Shown here in pieces: positions 1 to 13,800 of a DNA stretch of 64,000 nucleotides. This DNA is from Tubulanus polymorphus (lineage: Eukaryota > Animalia > Nemertea). The DNA lies in contig NC_134033.1 of assembly GCF_964204645.1 (NCBI RefSeq), forward strand, positions 10,238,655 to 10,302,654, written 5' to 3'. Below the pieces are notes generated by a model. That model searched no databases, was not told the origin of the DNA, and saw only the letters and a program-made list of their open reading frames with translations. Within the stretch, counting starts at the first letter, position 1; each line of letters starts with the position of its first letter. A program made the position numbers and the translations under genes.

Positions 1-3000
1 TTCAACTTCAACTGAGTCAACAACCAGTCCAACTACAACTATGACTTCCACCAGTCCAACTACAACTGTGACTACTACTAGTCCAACAACATCTGACTCG
101 ACAACCAGTTCAACTTCAACTGAGTCAACAACCAGTCCAACTACAACTATGACTTCCACCAGTTCAACTACAACTGAGACTACATCTAGTCCAACTACAA
201 CTGTGACTAATATAAGTCCAACTACATCTGAGTCGACAACCAGTTCAACTTCAACTGAGGCTACAACCAGTCCAACCACAGCTGAGTCCACGACAGGTCC
301 TACAACAACTGAGAGTACAACCAGTCATATTACAACTGCGACTTCTACTACTCCAACTACATCTGAGTCGACAACCAGTTCACCTTCAACTGAGTCAACA
401 ACCAGTCCAACAACAACTGAGACCACAACAAGTCCTACCACAACTGAGAGTACAACCAGTCCAACTACGACTGTGACTTCTACTAGTCCAACTACATCTG
501 AGTCGACAACCAGTTCAACTTCAACTGAGTCATTAATCAGCCCAACAACAACTGAGACTACTACTAGTCCAACTACAACTGAGTCGACAACCAGTTCAGT
601 TTCAAATGAGTCATTAACCAGCCCAATAACAACTGAGAGTACAGCCAGTCCGACTACAACTGAGACTACAACCAGTCCAACTACAACTGAGTCAACAACC
701 AGTCCAACAACAACTGAGACTACAACCAGTTCAACTACAACTGAGTCAACAACCAGTCCAACAACAACTGAGACTGCAACCAGTCAGACTACAACTGAGA
801 GTACAACCAGTCCAACAGCAACTGAGACTACAACCAGTCCTACTACAACTGAGAGTACAACCAGCCAAACTACAACTCAGTCAACAACCAGTCCAACTAC
901 AACTGAGAGTACAAGCAGTCCAACTACAACTGAGTCAACAACCAGTCCAACTACAACTGAGTCAACAACCAGTCCAACTGCAACTGAGACTGCAACCAGT
1001 TCAACTACAACTGAGTCCACAACAAGTCCTACTACAACTGAGAGTACAAACAGTCCCACTACAACTGAGTCGACAACCAGTCAAACTACAACTGAGAGTA
1101 CAACCAGTCCAACAACAACTGAGACTACAACCAGTCCAACTACAACTGAGGCTACAACCAGTTCAACTACAAGTGAGAGTACAACCAGTCCTACTACAAC
1201 TGAGAGTACAACCTCTCCAACTACAACTGAGTCAACAACCAGTCCAACTACAACTGAGGCTACAAACAGTCCAACCACAACTGAGTCCACAACAAGTCCT
1301 ACCAAAACTGAGAATACAACCAGTCCAATTACAACTCTGACTTCTACTACTCCAACTACATCTGAGTCGACAACCAGTTCACCTTCAACTGAGTCATTAA
1401 CCAGCCCAACAACAACTGAGACTACTACCATTCCAACTACAACTGAGTCAACAACCAGTCCAACAACAACTGAGACCACAACAAGTCCTTCCACAACTGA
1501 GAGTACAACCAGTCCAACTACGACTGTGACTTCTACTAGTCCAACTACATCTGAGTCGACAACCAGTTCAACTTCAACTGAGTCATTAACCAGCCCAACA
1601 ACAACTGAGACTACTACTAGTCAAACTACAACTGTGACTTCTATCAGTCTAACTAAAGCTGAGTCAACAACCAATCCAACAACAACTGAGACCACAACAA
1701 GTCCTACCAAAACTGAGAGAACAACCAGTCCAACAACAACTGAGACTACAACCAGTCCAACTACAACTGAGTCGACAACCAGTTCAACTTCAACTGAGGC
1801 TACAACCAGTCCAACCACAACTGAATCCAAAATGAGCCCTACCACAACTGAGAGTACAACCAGTCCAACAACAACTGAGACTACAACCAGTCCAACTACA
1901 ACTGAGTCGACAACCAGTTCAACTTTAACTGAGGCTACAACCAGTCCAACCACAGCTGAGTCCACGACAGGTCCTACAACAACCGAGAGTACAACCAGTC
2001 CAACTACAACTGAGGCTACAACCAGTTCAACTACAAGTGAGAGTACAACTGAGACTACTACCAGTCCAATTACAACTGAGTCGACAACCAGTTTAATCTC
2101 AACTGAGTCATTAACAAGCCCAACAACAACTGAGAGTACAACCAGTCCAACTACAACTGAGACTACAACCAGTCCAACTACAACTAAGTCGACAACCAGT
2201 TCAATTTCAACTGAGTCATTAACAAGCCCAACAACAACTGATAGTACAACCAGTCCAACTACAACTGTGACTACTACCAGTCCAACTACAACTGAGTCGA
2301 CAACAAGTCCTACCACAACTGAGAGTACAACCAGTCCAACTACGACTGTGACTTCTACTAGTCCAACTACATCTGAGTCGACAACCAGTTCAACTTCAAC
2401 TGAGTCATTAACAAGCCCAACGACAACTGAGACTACTACCAGTTCAACTACAACTGAGACTACAACTAGTCCAACTACAACTGTGACTTCTACCAGTCCA
2501 ACTAAAACTGAGTCAACTTCCAGTCCAACTACAACTGTGACTACTACGAGTCCAACTACATCTGAGTCGACAACCAGTTCAACTTCAACTGAGGCTACAA
2601 CCAGTCCAACCACAGCTGAGTCCACAACAAGTCCTACTACAACTGAGAGTACAACCAGTCCAACTACAACTGACGCTACAACCAGTCCAACTACAACTGA
2701 GTCGACAACCAGTTCAACTACAAGTGAGAGTACAACCAGTCCAACTACAACTGAGTCAACAACCAGTCCAACTACAACTGAGTCGACAACCAGTTCAATT
2801 TTAACTGAGTCATTAACCAGCCCAACAACAACTGAGAGTACAACCAGTCCAACTACAATTGTGACTACTACCAGTCCAACTACAACTGAGTCGACAACCA
2901 GTTCAACTTCAGCTGAGGCTACAACTAGTCCAACCACAACTGAGTCCACAACAAGTCCTACCACAACTGAGAGTACAACCAGTCCAACTACAACTGTGAC

Positions 3001-4850
3001 TACTACTAGTCCAACTACATCTGAGTCGACAACCAGTTCAACTTCAACTGAGTCAACAACCAGTCCAACTACAACTATGACTTCCACCAGTTCAACTACA
3101 ACTGAGACTACAACTAGTCCAACTACAGCTGTGACTACTATCAGTCCAACTACATCTGAGTCGACAACCAGTTCAACTTCAACTGAGGCTACAACCAGTC
3201 CAACCACAGCTGAGTCCACGACAGGTCCTACAACAACTGAGAGTACAACGGGTCCAACTACAACTGAGGCTACAACCAGTTCAACTACAAGTGAGAGTAC
3301 AACCAGTCCTACAACAACTGAGAGTACAACCTATCCAACTACAACTGAGTCAACAACCAGTCCAACTACAACTGAGAGTACAACCAGTCCAACTACAACT
3401 GTGACTACTACCAGTCCAACTACAACTGAGTCGACAACCAGTTCAACTTCAGCTGAGTCTACATCCAGTCCAACCACAGCTGAGTCCACAACAAGTCCTA
3501 CTACAACTAAGAGAACAACCAGTCCAACTACAACTGAGTTCACAACCCGTCCAACTACAACTGAGACTACAACCAGTTCAAATACAACTGAGACTACAAC
3601 CAGTCCAACTACAACTGTGACTACTACCAGTCCAACGACAACTGAGTCGCCAACCAGTTCAACTTCAACTGAGGCTACAACCAGTCCAACCACAACTGAG
3701 TTCACAACCCGTCCAACTACAACTGAGACTACAACCAGTTCAAATACAACTGAGACTACAACCAGTCCAACTACAACTGAGTCGCCAACCAGTTCAACTT
3801 CAACTGAGAGTACAACCAGTCCAACTACGACTGTGACTTCTACTAGTCCAACTACATCTGAGTCGACAACCAGTCCAACTACAACTGACGCTACAACCAG
3901 TCCAACTACAACTGAGTCGACAACCAGTTCAACTACAAGTGAGAGTACAACCAGTCCAACTACAACTGAGTCAACAATCAGTCCAACTACAACTGAGTCG
4001 ACAACCAGTTCAATTTTAACTGAGTCATTAACCAGCCCAACAACAACTGAGAGTACAACCAGTCCAACTACAACTATGACTTCCACCAGTTCAACTACAA
4101 CTGAGACTACAACTAGTCCAACTACAACTGTGACTACTATCAGTCCAACTACATCTGAGTCGACAACCAGTTCAACTTCAGCTGAGGCTACAACCAGTCC
4201 AACCACAGCTGAGTCCACGACAGGTCCTACAACAACTGAGAGTACAACGGGTCCAACTACAACTGAGGCTACAACCAGTTCAACTACAAGTGAGAGTACA
4301 ACCAGTCCTACAACAACTGAGAGTACAACCTATCCAACTACAACTGAGTCAACAACCAGTCCAACTACAACTGAGAGTACAACCAGTCCAACTACAACTG
4401 TGACTACTACCAGTCCAACTACAACTGAGTCGACAACCAGTTCAACTTCAACTGAGTCTACATCCAGTCCAACCACAGCTGAGTCCACAACAAGTCCTAC
4501 TACAACTAAGAGAACAACCAGTCCAACTACAACTGAGTTCACAACCCGTCCAACTACAACTGAGACTACAACCAGTTCAAATACAACTGAGACTACAACC
4601 AGTCCAACTACAACTGTGACTACTACCAGTCCAACGACAACTGAGTCGACAACCAGTTCAACTTCAACTGAGTCTACAACCAGTCCAACCACAGCTGAGT
4701 CCACAACAATTCATACTACAACTAAGAGTACAACCAGTCCAACTACAACTGAGTTCACAACCAGTCCAACTACAACTGAGACTACAACCAGTTCAAATAC
4801 AACTGAGACTACAACCGGTCCAACTACAACTGTGACTACTACCAGTCTGA
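1..4850 (+). repeat. Coding 27-bp minisatellite (TTSPTTTES unit) forming the mucin PTS domain
   Basis: Uninterrupted ORF of ACAACCAGTCCAACTACAACTGAGTC-type 27-nt units; higher-order duplication with a 999-nt offset (TTYP at 3331 and 4330). Confidence 0.95.
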
Positions 4851-7800
4851 GTCCAACTGTCAGCTCATCCGCGGTAGAAACATCAACCTCCGCAACCACC
4901 GAGACGAGCCCACAAACGGATTCATCCACGTCTCCGACTGCCAGCTCCTTGACCACTGACACACCAACAACTACAACTGAGGCTAATACAACTGCATCTT
5001 CTGTGATAAATACAATTTTGCCCCTCTTCCCGTACAGTCATTTGAACAATTTCTGCACTTTTCATAATCTCGACGACGGAGTTAGTAATGTGAAACGGGT
5101 TCCTGGAGGTATATCTATTGGAAGCTTGAAATATCACTGGTTGAGAGTAAGTTACAATTTTTCAGTTGTTTTTCATGAATTCTTAAAATTCACATTTTTG
5201 CGTGTTTGATGTTGGATTATGTTTGTTTAGGTATCAACAAACGGGTATGTGACACTTGGTAGAGAAATATTCAACTCTTCGTCTGCACAAGTGTTTCCGA
5301 CCAGTTATTTGAGCGCGATCATAGCCCCATTCTGGACTGATTTAGACCCTTCGCCCGGAAGTGTTACTTGTGAAATGAGCACACGAAATGACAACGACTT
5401 CGAAAAGATAAAGAATCTCACTCTTACTGCGATTCATACGTCATATCCGACGTCTTCATCGTTCGAGCCGTACTCAATAACTGTGATAAGCTTCATAAAC
5501 ATACCTCAATATCCGAACTACGATTACAAAGGCAAAAAGGTATTTGGTTTAATCGAGTTTCAATCATTTCGTCGTATCTCGTTTCTAAACACATTTGTTC
5601 TGAATCGATTAAATCCTGTTATTTTTTTCATCGTTATTGCTATTATCAGGAAGCGACCTTCCAATGCGTTCTGGTGACGGATGGCGTTAACACGTACGGT
5701 ATATTTAACTACGGTTCGATTACGATGCAGACTACGGGCGAGAGACGTAACGTTTCTATCGGATATTCGGCCGGGAAGAACGATCTCTATTTCAACCACC
5801 CGTATTCATTCACCGATAACGCTCTACGTATTGATAACACGTATGGTAATACCGGTACGTCACAAAAACTGTGAATATAGTTGAGAATAGTAATGACGAA
5901 TATCATTGAGAGAAACCCACAGTATCATTTCACAAAACTGTTATTGTTTTTTTTTCTTACGTGTCTTGTGGAAAATTTACCAGCTATGTTCAGAATTATC
6001 TTAATCAATGGGGTACCGACAAACCCGCCTATCCCACCAGATGGCGTGACGAGCAGTAGGTCACAGGACTCACTAAATATACTTCGTAATTCCATTCTTC
6101 TACTCGGATATTGGTATAGTTTTCATAAATAATTGGTTCATTCAAGAGAAAAAATCATTCAGATTTAATTGAAATGTAGAAGAAATTGAACGCGGGCGAC
6201 CAACCATCTACTAGCAAACCTTGCGGATCCTCGCCTGCTATACGTGGAATCATCGATTGCTACAGTAGCACCGCGGGTACCCCATTGATACTGTGGGTGT
6301 CTCTCAATGTGTTCTATCTTTTGATGAATGAAATAATCCAGGACCCATTTCTACAGTTCAGTCGGTGACGTTTGGCTCTAGAGTTAAAACGCAGCTCTAA
6401 GACTGGAGAACTTTAAACGAGAACTGTGAATCAATTTCCAGATGATATGTAGACAAATTGATACGGTTGTTAACTGTTAATGAATGAAACGAAACCGAAG
6501 AAATGCTAATTTCCTGTCTGTTTTTTTAGGTGAACTCGGTCGATTCGTTTATAAACTATCTTTCGACCGAGTAAATCAACCCTCGGTAAATAACTACGAC
6601 GCTGTATGTAATGATTGGTACGTGTCACGTGACTCAGCCGCTCCGGTCACCGCTTCCGATACGTGTCCGTGCAGCCTACAACAAGCCAAACGCGACTTTC
6701 GATTCAATGAGAGTCGCTTAAATTCCGGAACATCGAATACTTGTTACGAGGAACGTTTTGGTACCGCTGCGCAAGATGGAACTCGAATTAAACAACTTTG
6801 CTGCTATCACAAACTATCCGACGGTACAGCGTTCCTCGCTAATACATATCCTAATGCCGGATATGTATTCAAAAATCTACCGGACGATGTAGCCGGACAT
6901 CAAGCGTGTTGTGTAAATAGTAACAACTGCGATACGTTCTATACTCTGAGACCAATCGCTACTTGTTCCAACTATAAAAACCCTTCCGTTGGTGAGTATC
7001 TCTTTAAAAAAAACTTACATAAGCAAATCATTATATTACATCTTTTGAATCGTTCCCGGAAAATATGAAGACCTTCATAATTGCAAATGTATATACATTC
7101 AATGTTTATAGGGACAGCCATCTTCGAATTGTTTGTCAAATGACATTACCAAACTCACTGGTACCTGTTTAATTCAGTCGTTTACTCCTATATGATGTAT
7201 TACAGGTACCATGATCGGCGATCCACACATTACAACCCTCGATGGTAGCCGTTACACGTTCAACGCTATTGGAGATTTTGATCTTCTTCAAGGAATGAGC
7301 ACTAGAAACCTCTCGGTACAGGCTCGACTGACACGAGTACCCGGTTCTTCATCGGCTACTGTGTTCTCAGCGTATGCCGCACAGACCGATAATTCCAGCT
7401 TAGTCGAGGTATGTGCAACAACGATCTCTAAAACACAAGATTCAAGATGACAGACATCAAATAGGCTGCGTTGTGTCGGTAGACATCTCAATAAGGTTCA
7501 ATTTGAAGAATCGGACGTTAGACGGTTTCATAGAGGCAGTCATCTAAAAAGTGTCAATTCGATTGCGTCATGGATGATTCTATCGAGGCAGTCATTTAAA
7601 GTCATTGTAAATGAAATGGATTTTCAGTTGTTCTCTTATTCAATGCTGTTGGTTTCTCCAGGTTTTGTTGAAGAACGAATCTAAGATGGTTGTTTTAGTT
7701 GATCGGGTACAACAATTTGCGAGCGATGAATTTGATTCAACTGGTAAAGAATTCGGTAACGTTGCGATATTGTCGAATACAAACGGGTCGGTGGTAATAG

Positions 7801-10800
7801 TCTTCAGCAACGGCTTCGTTTTAGCGGTAAGTGGCAAACGAGAGAATTGAGATATCTAGACGGATATAGTCATATACCAAATGGAAAAAAAGATATAGAC
7901 TGAGTTGAATTACAAGGACAGGAGGATTATGAAAGTTGTATGCATGGAAATACGTATGAAATACATGTATGCCACTTTATTATTAGACTCAGTTCATCAT
8001 GAACATCGCTACATTTGCCCTTTGCCTAATCCAGTTTACACTCCTAAATTAGATCAATAGATTTATTGTTTTGAAATTTCAAAATGATAACTTGGTAAAG
8101 TGTATATGATTGGATGTATGGCTGAAGTATTACTCAATATTTACGATGATTTAGCTACAATTTACGACTGTTTTAAGCCAGGGAGATGTATAGGCCCTAA
8201 GACAATACATTTTGTAGACCAATACATTTCAAGTAAAATATGTGGACGAGATAAACTATAAGTCGCACAGTTCGTCTTGAATATATTTCTAGGTGTCTTT
8301 GGGCTATAAACAACTAATCGGCAACGTTAAACTGCCGTCGGAATACGTCGGTTCAACTCGAGGACTTCTTGGACTGGTCAACGGCATCAAAGCGGACGAT
8401 TATCAACTTCGTGATCGGACGTCACTTCCGGACGATAGCTCCGAATCACAACTTTATCAATTCGGACTCTCTTGTAAGTGGAGTCCACCCACCGAGGCGG
8501 CCACCTTTGACCACGTGTAATTCGATGACATCACACGATATTTAATTGCAATATCATCAGTCACTTGGCAAATTTTCGAGCTGCAATAGATATTTACCCT
8601 TTTCCTCTGCCTGTTTTAACACCTTGGTATCATCTCAATTCAGACAATTCTAATAGTTAAACCATTCTCAAAGATCTTAAGATCTTGTATCAATTACAGT
8701 GATCTTAGAATTATCACTGACTGCATTTAGATTTTTGAATTAACGGACCCCCGAGAAACGATAGTTTGTATAGTGCAGATCTCCTCCAAGGTATGACTGG
8801 ATTTTTCATCGGACCGTCAGCGTCAGTATGAACATGTGATTGTATTTTTCTCCAGGGCGAGTGAAAACCGGGTCGTCATTGTTTACGGATACAACGTTCA
8901 ACGACACAGATCAATCGTCATTCGTTCCTATTTTCTTGGACGATTATCGCGGCAATCTTCCAGCTCTGTTTAATAATAACGAAACAAGATATAATTCAGC
9001 CAGCGCGGTAAGCGTTCATACGCCCCTCTCTCGTGTCTTGCAATGCTTGATAAGGTTTTCTTTAACCGGATGTTTTTTTATTAACTACCGCGTATATTAA
9101 CTGTATTTTTTAAGTAAAAAACTGCCAACATACAACATAGGTCAAAGAAAGAAAAACTTCATCGAACTTTTCAATTAGAAATTTGCATACGTGTGTCCAT
9201 ATGACTATTTGTTAAATATATCATATTGCAGGTTTGTTTCAACTCTGAGGTATTCATGCAGTGTATGTACGACTCTGCTCAGATGGGCACCGAGGAGGCT
9301 GGAAGATCGACTGTAACAGCGTACGAGTTAGCCAGCAGTGAAATCAAGTATCTCAGTAAGTGGCGAAAACGTACAACAAGACAGTGGAGTAAGGGAACAT
9401 CTCAACGTTTCAATAGTTCCGTCAATTAGAATAACTGTCTAGTAATTGGTTTAAATGAATGAACTCAAATTTTACTGAATCTGCGCAACGCGACCAGAGA
9501 CATCATCTTAGCTTTTAAACGGAATTGAAATTCAAACATTTTGTGATTTTTGTGGCGTCTAGAATCAACATTGATAAATGTCGTGGGCCGGGCCAATAAT
9601 TTTGCCGATGATATTTCTAAACGCATTTGTGATCGACTATGAAACAGCTGCGTCCATTATCATCGGTTACATTCATAAACATGGTGACTCAATCAACCAG
9701 GACTCAGTTCCACAGTTCTGAGTTAAATTTGACTCTAGAGTTAAAACATTGAAAATGAAGTAACTTTAACTCAGAGTTCACTCCAACTCACAACTGTGGA
9801 ACCGGGCCCAGTTCCACAGTTTTGAGTTGGAGTTAACTCTGAGTTAAAGTTAGTTAATTTTTAATGACTTAACTCAGAGTTAAATCTTAACTCGGAACTG
9901 TGGAACTGGACCCTGAATCATGAATCAGCGCTTTCGAAATGCAACCATTAAACAAATTTCCCGGGAAGACCCCGAACCCCTTGAAAATAGTCGCGAATTT
10001 TCCCACGGTTACTGCCTCGTGGGGTCGGATATGAGTCGGGCCGACGTCAACTTGCCTCCGCCGCCCCGGAAAAGAATCAATCATGTTTGTGTCATTCGTT
10101 CGTGCGTCATCGGTCAATCACGCTACCCTACACTTTGACGGGTGATCATGCTACCCTATTCTCACACGGACGATTACTACGTGCGATAACCTTGTGTTTT
10201 AGCTTTGATTTCGAAGTAAACATTTTTATCCTGTCCTTGGTAACTAGGAAATAGTACGCACCTTACGATAATAGCAACGTACAATGAGTACATATAAATC
10301 ATGTATCCGACTCTAAGGCCAGGGTCACGGCGGTCTCTACTTATACGGCGCTCATACCTGAACGCATAATTAAGTATTCATCATTTCCCCCTCAGAAAAA
10401 AAACTTCCGACTTAATTAAACATGAATCAATCGTGTGATTTCTCTATGAGGAATCAACGCACTAATGAGTGCGCGCGCAGTCAACACCAACTACGGCAGT
10501 GACGTCTATTGCTCTTGACAAATATGATAACAATTGTTTCATTGCACTCAGGATACGTTAAATTATTGTATACACGTCTCACTTTCTGTTGGTTTGAATG
10601 GTAAACTGCCTTATTCGCAGTCCTATCGCTGTGGAGACATTGAACCCCTCACAACTCGGTGAAAAAGCATACATTAGTTTATACGGTATTAGTAGTACGG
10701 TAACAACGAACCCGCCCATTAAATTAATATTATCTTACAAGTTTATTTCTTTACTTAAGAAGAGATACAATACATACAGTCATCACTATTACATAAAAGA

Positions 10801-13800
10801 AAAAGTTACGGAAAGTATTTCTACACTGTAAAGTGTAGTAAAGAAAAATGACAAAATGGGGACATAGATAATCTTAACAAAAAGCTATGAACAATATAAA
10901 TGCCGAATTAACATCAAGTGAGGGTGCAGTCACAGAGAAGTTGTAGCTATAATTTCAATATTATATGCCTTTTCAAATTCTGCATGAACATATCAATGTT
11001 AGACGCTTGCTGAAGTTCAGTCGGGAGAGCATTCCAAACTCTATGGAGCGGCTGTGGTAGAAGGGCATGGGTACCAAGAACTCTCAAATATTTATTCAAA
11101 AATTATATATTAAGTGATATTTCACGATCATGAGATCTTATGTACGTACTATAGTGGATATTGTTAATTCTATGACGTTCGTTCCGAAAAAGTTCCGTAC
11201 ACGCAACGCAGAGGTTTTAATCCCACCGGGAGCTTGAGCGTTATCGATTGTGTAAGCGAATTATAGCGTGCAATAGTGAATGAATATTGAATTATTTGTG
11301 TACGTTCGTTTTTTGTATCCAATTGTAGGAAATTTTCCGCCTGTTTTTAATCTGAAGCCGATAATCAACGTTGAAATCAACGTCGCTACGCAAATCTACG
11401 TCAACGTCACGGATCCGAACGTCAATCAGACGTTCACGCTATCTCTGATCGCTTATCTGCGATCATCCGGGTCGACCGTGACGCTTACCAATCAGAACGT
11501 CTTAACCATCCACGTCATCGACACGCAGCCAATCAGCATCGAACTCATAGCTCGCGACGTTATGCAAGCGTCGTCTGCCTATCAACCGGAAGTGAGGCTG
11601 TGTCACTGTCTGAACGGAGGAGTTTGTTCGTTCGGACATCTTGAATCGATTCTTCGTGAAACAAATACAAGTGAGTTCAACCCGATTAACCATTGCGTCA
11701 CTGGCTCCATCAATACACTACCAATGACCCCACTATTCCACACCGCTAACTTTCACTCCAAAAATCGCAGTTGTTTAAGAACCTGAACTCAGTTCTTATT
11801 GTTATAATTGACAGTAAAACTAAAATTAGTTCATATTCATCGCTGCAGACTTCTAACCCTTTTCATGTCGCTCTGTAAACAACCTAGGGATTATGATAAC
11901 TGACACAGTTTTATTTTACAGATCGGTTTTATTTGGCGCAATGCGACTGTCCAGCCGGATGGGCGGGCGCCCGGTGTGAGACGAGCCCCTGTAAACGTAC
12001 CCCTTCACCCTGTTACGATCCCAGTTCATGTGTCGAATTCAATGTAACGAATTTCCGATGTGGCCCATGTCCACCTGGGATGAACGGCAATGGTAGTAAA
12101 TGTCTAGGTATGCTATCGAATACGTCACGGCGATCTTTTTCTATACTTTCCTTGAAATTGATTAATTCGCGAATTCTATGACTCCTCGACGAAGCTAAAT
12201 ACATGTAGCATTAGAAGTAAAATACCTTTGTATTTGTATCACTGTGAAATGGATAAAAAAGGTATAAAACGAATAAAATGAATGTTTTACTTCAGATATA
12301 GACGAGTGTTTGGTGAATAATGGATACTGCGAGGACGGATGTACCAATACGTTCGGCTCTTTCAGGTGTGATTGCACAACCAAAACTGGTTTCTCAATCT
12401 CGCCAACTAACTCCAGCAGATGCGAAGGTAAAAACTTTCGTTTCAGTGACAATATTACATTGAACATCCTCGAACATCATCTAGACTCGCCAAGACACGA
12501 AACCCTGCCACACTAGTCCGAGTGCGCAGCTAGTATATCCGCAGCTTGGATGATGTCATTATTAACCAATCAGATAACTGTTATAGCCCGGGTTTCTCCA
12601 TTTAAAAAGTTAATCCATGAAATTCCGCGCGTAATAAAAGCCACCGTAGGTCTGACACGTTACACTGGCTTTGAATCCTAGTGTGATTTAATGATGCATC
12701 CAAGACCACACATTACAAGAAAGACTTCTTTGTCATGAGATCTAAATAAAGTTCGAGTGTTTGGTAGATGAGGAATTTGCAATTTGAATCGCGTGGTTTT
12801 ATTGTATTTCAGATGTAGATGAATGCGCCTATGAAATCTATAATTGTTCGGGAACTCACGAAGTTTGCAATAATGTAGTAGGCTCGTATGAATGCAACTG
12901 TAAATCGGGTTTTACTCGCAACAACCTCGGAGTCTGCTCAGGTAAGAACCTTATTAAACTGCACCACAGGCACTCGCCGACCCACTGATATATTATCTAT
13001 AAACCCGAGAACTGTATCCCAAGCCCGTCGGCGAGTGTTTGTTACCGTATCAAGATTCTACGTTTCTGATTAAGCCCATCCTTTCAAAGTGAATGCCTAT
13101 CGACTGGCTGATTTTAATTCGGAAGACATTTTTGACGTGTGTTCGTTTCAGATATCGACGAATGTTTGAATCAAAACGTTTGCGACAATAACGCCATCTG
13201 TAGCAACAATGCAGGCTCATTCTCGTGTCGTTGTAACAGTGGATATTACGGCGACGGTTATAGTTGTCAAGGTAACCGACAGTTGTTTATTTCATCCGAA
13301 GAATCTCTTCAAATTAATTATTTTTCTACTTGAATCTCATTTACAAATAAAAACCCACAGTAGATATATAGAAAATTGTATTTTCTAACAGTTTCGGGGT
13401 TACTTCTAAAGCCAAACGCACACGGCGCCGAAAAAACGTTTTTTTCCTCGTGAACGTGTTTTCTGTTTCGGCGAAACAAATTTTTTGCCATGGGCTTAAA
13501 CCCAATCATCAGAGAAACTAAAATCAACCCCGAAACTGTAAGACTCAAAATTCTATATATCTACTGCGGGTTAATATTTGTTAACTCTACGCTAAAGATT
13601 AATATCAGCTCACTATAGTCTTAAATCCCATTGTTTTTCTCTGTAGATATAAATGAATGTGATCTGCCGTCTTTGAACCAATGCCAGCAGTTATGCGTCA
13701 ACACAATCGGTGGTCACTACTGTGATTGTTATCCAGGGTATGCGCTAAAAACTGGTAGTAACTTCGAATGTCAAGGTAAAGCTACAAATGCTTATCCGTC

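Noticed and set aside
877-4962. Long Val-rich ORFs on the minus strand
   Set aside because: Antisense shadow of the ACN-rich Thr/Ser repeat; no independent gene signals
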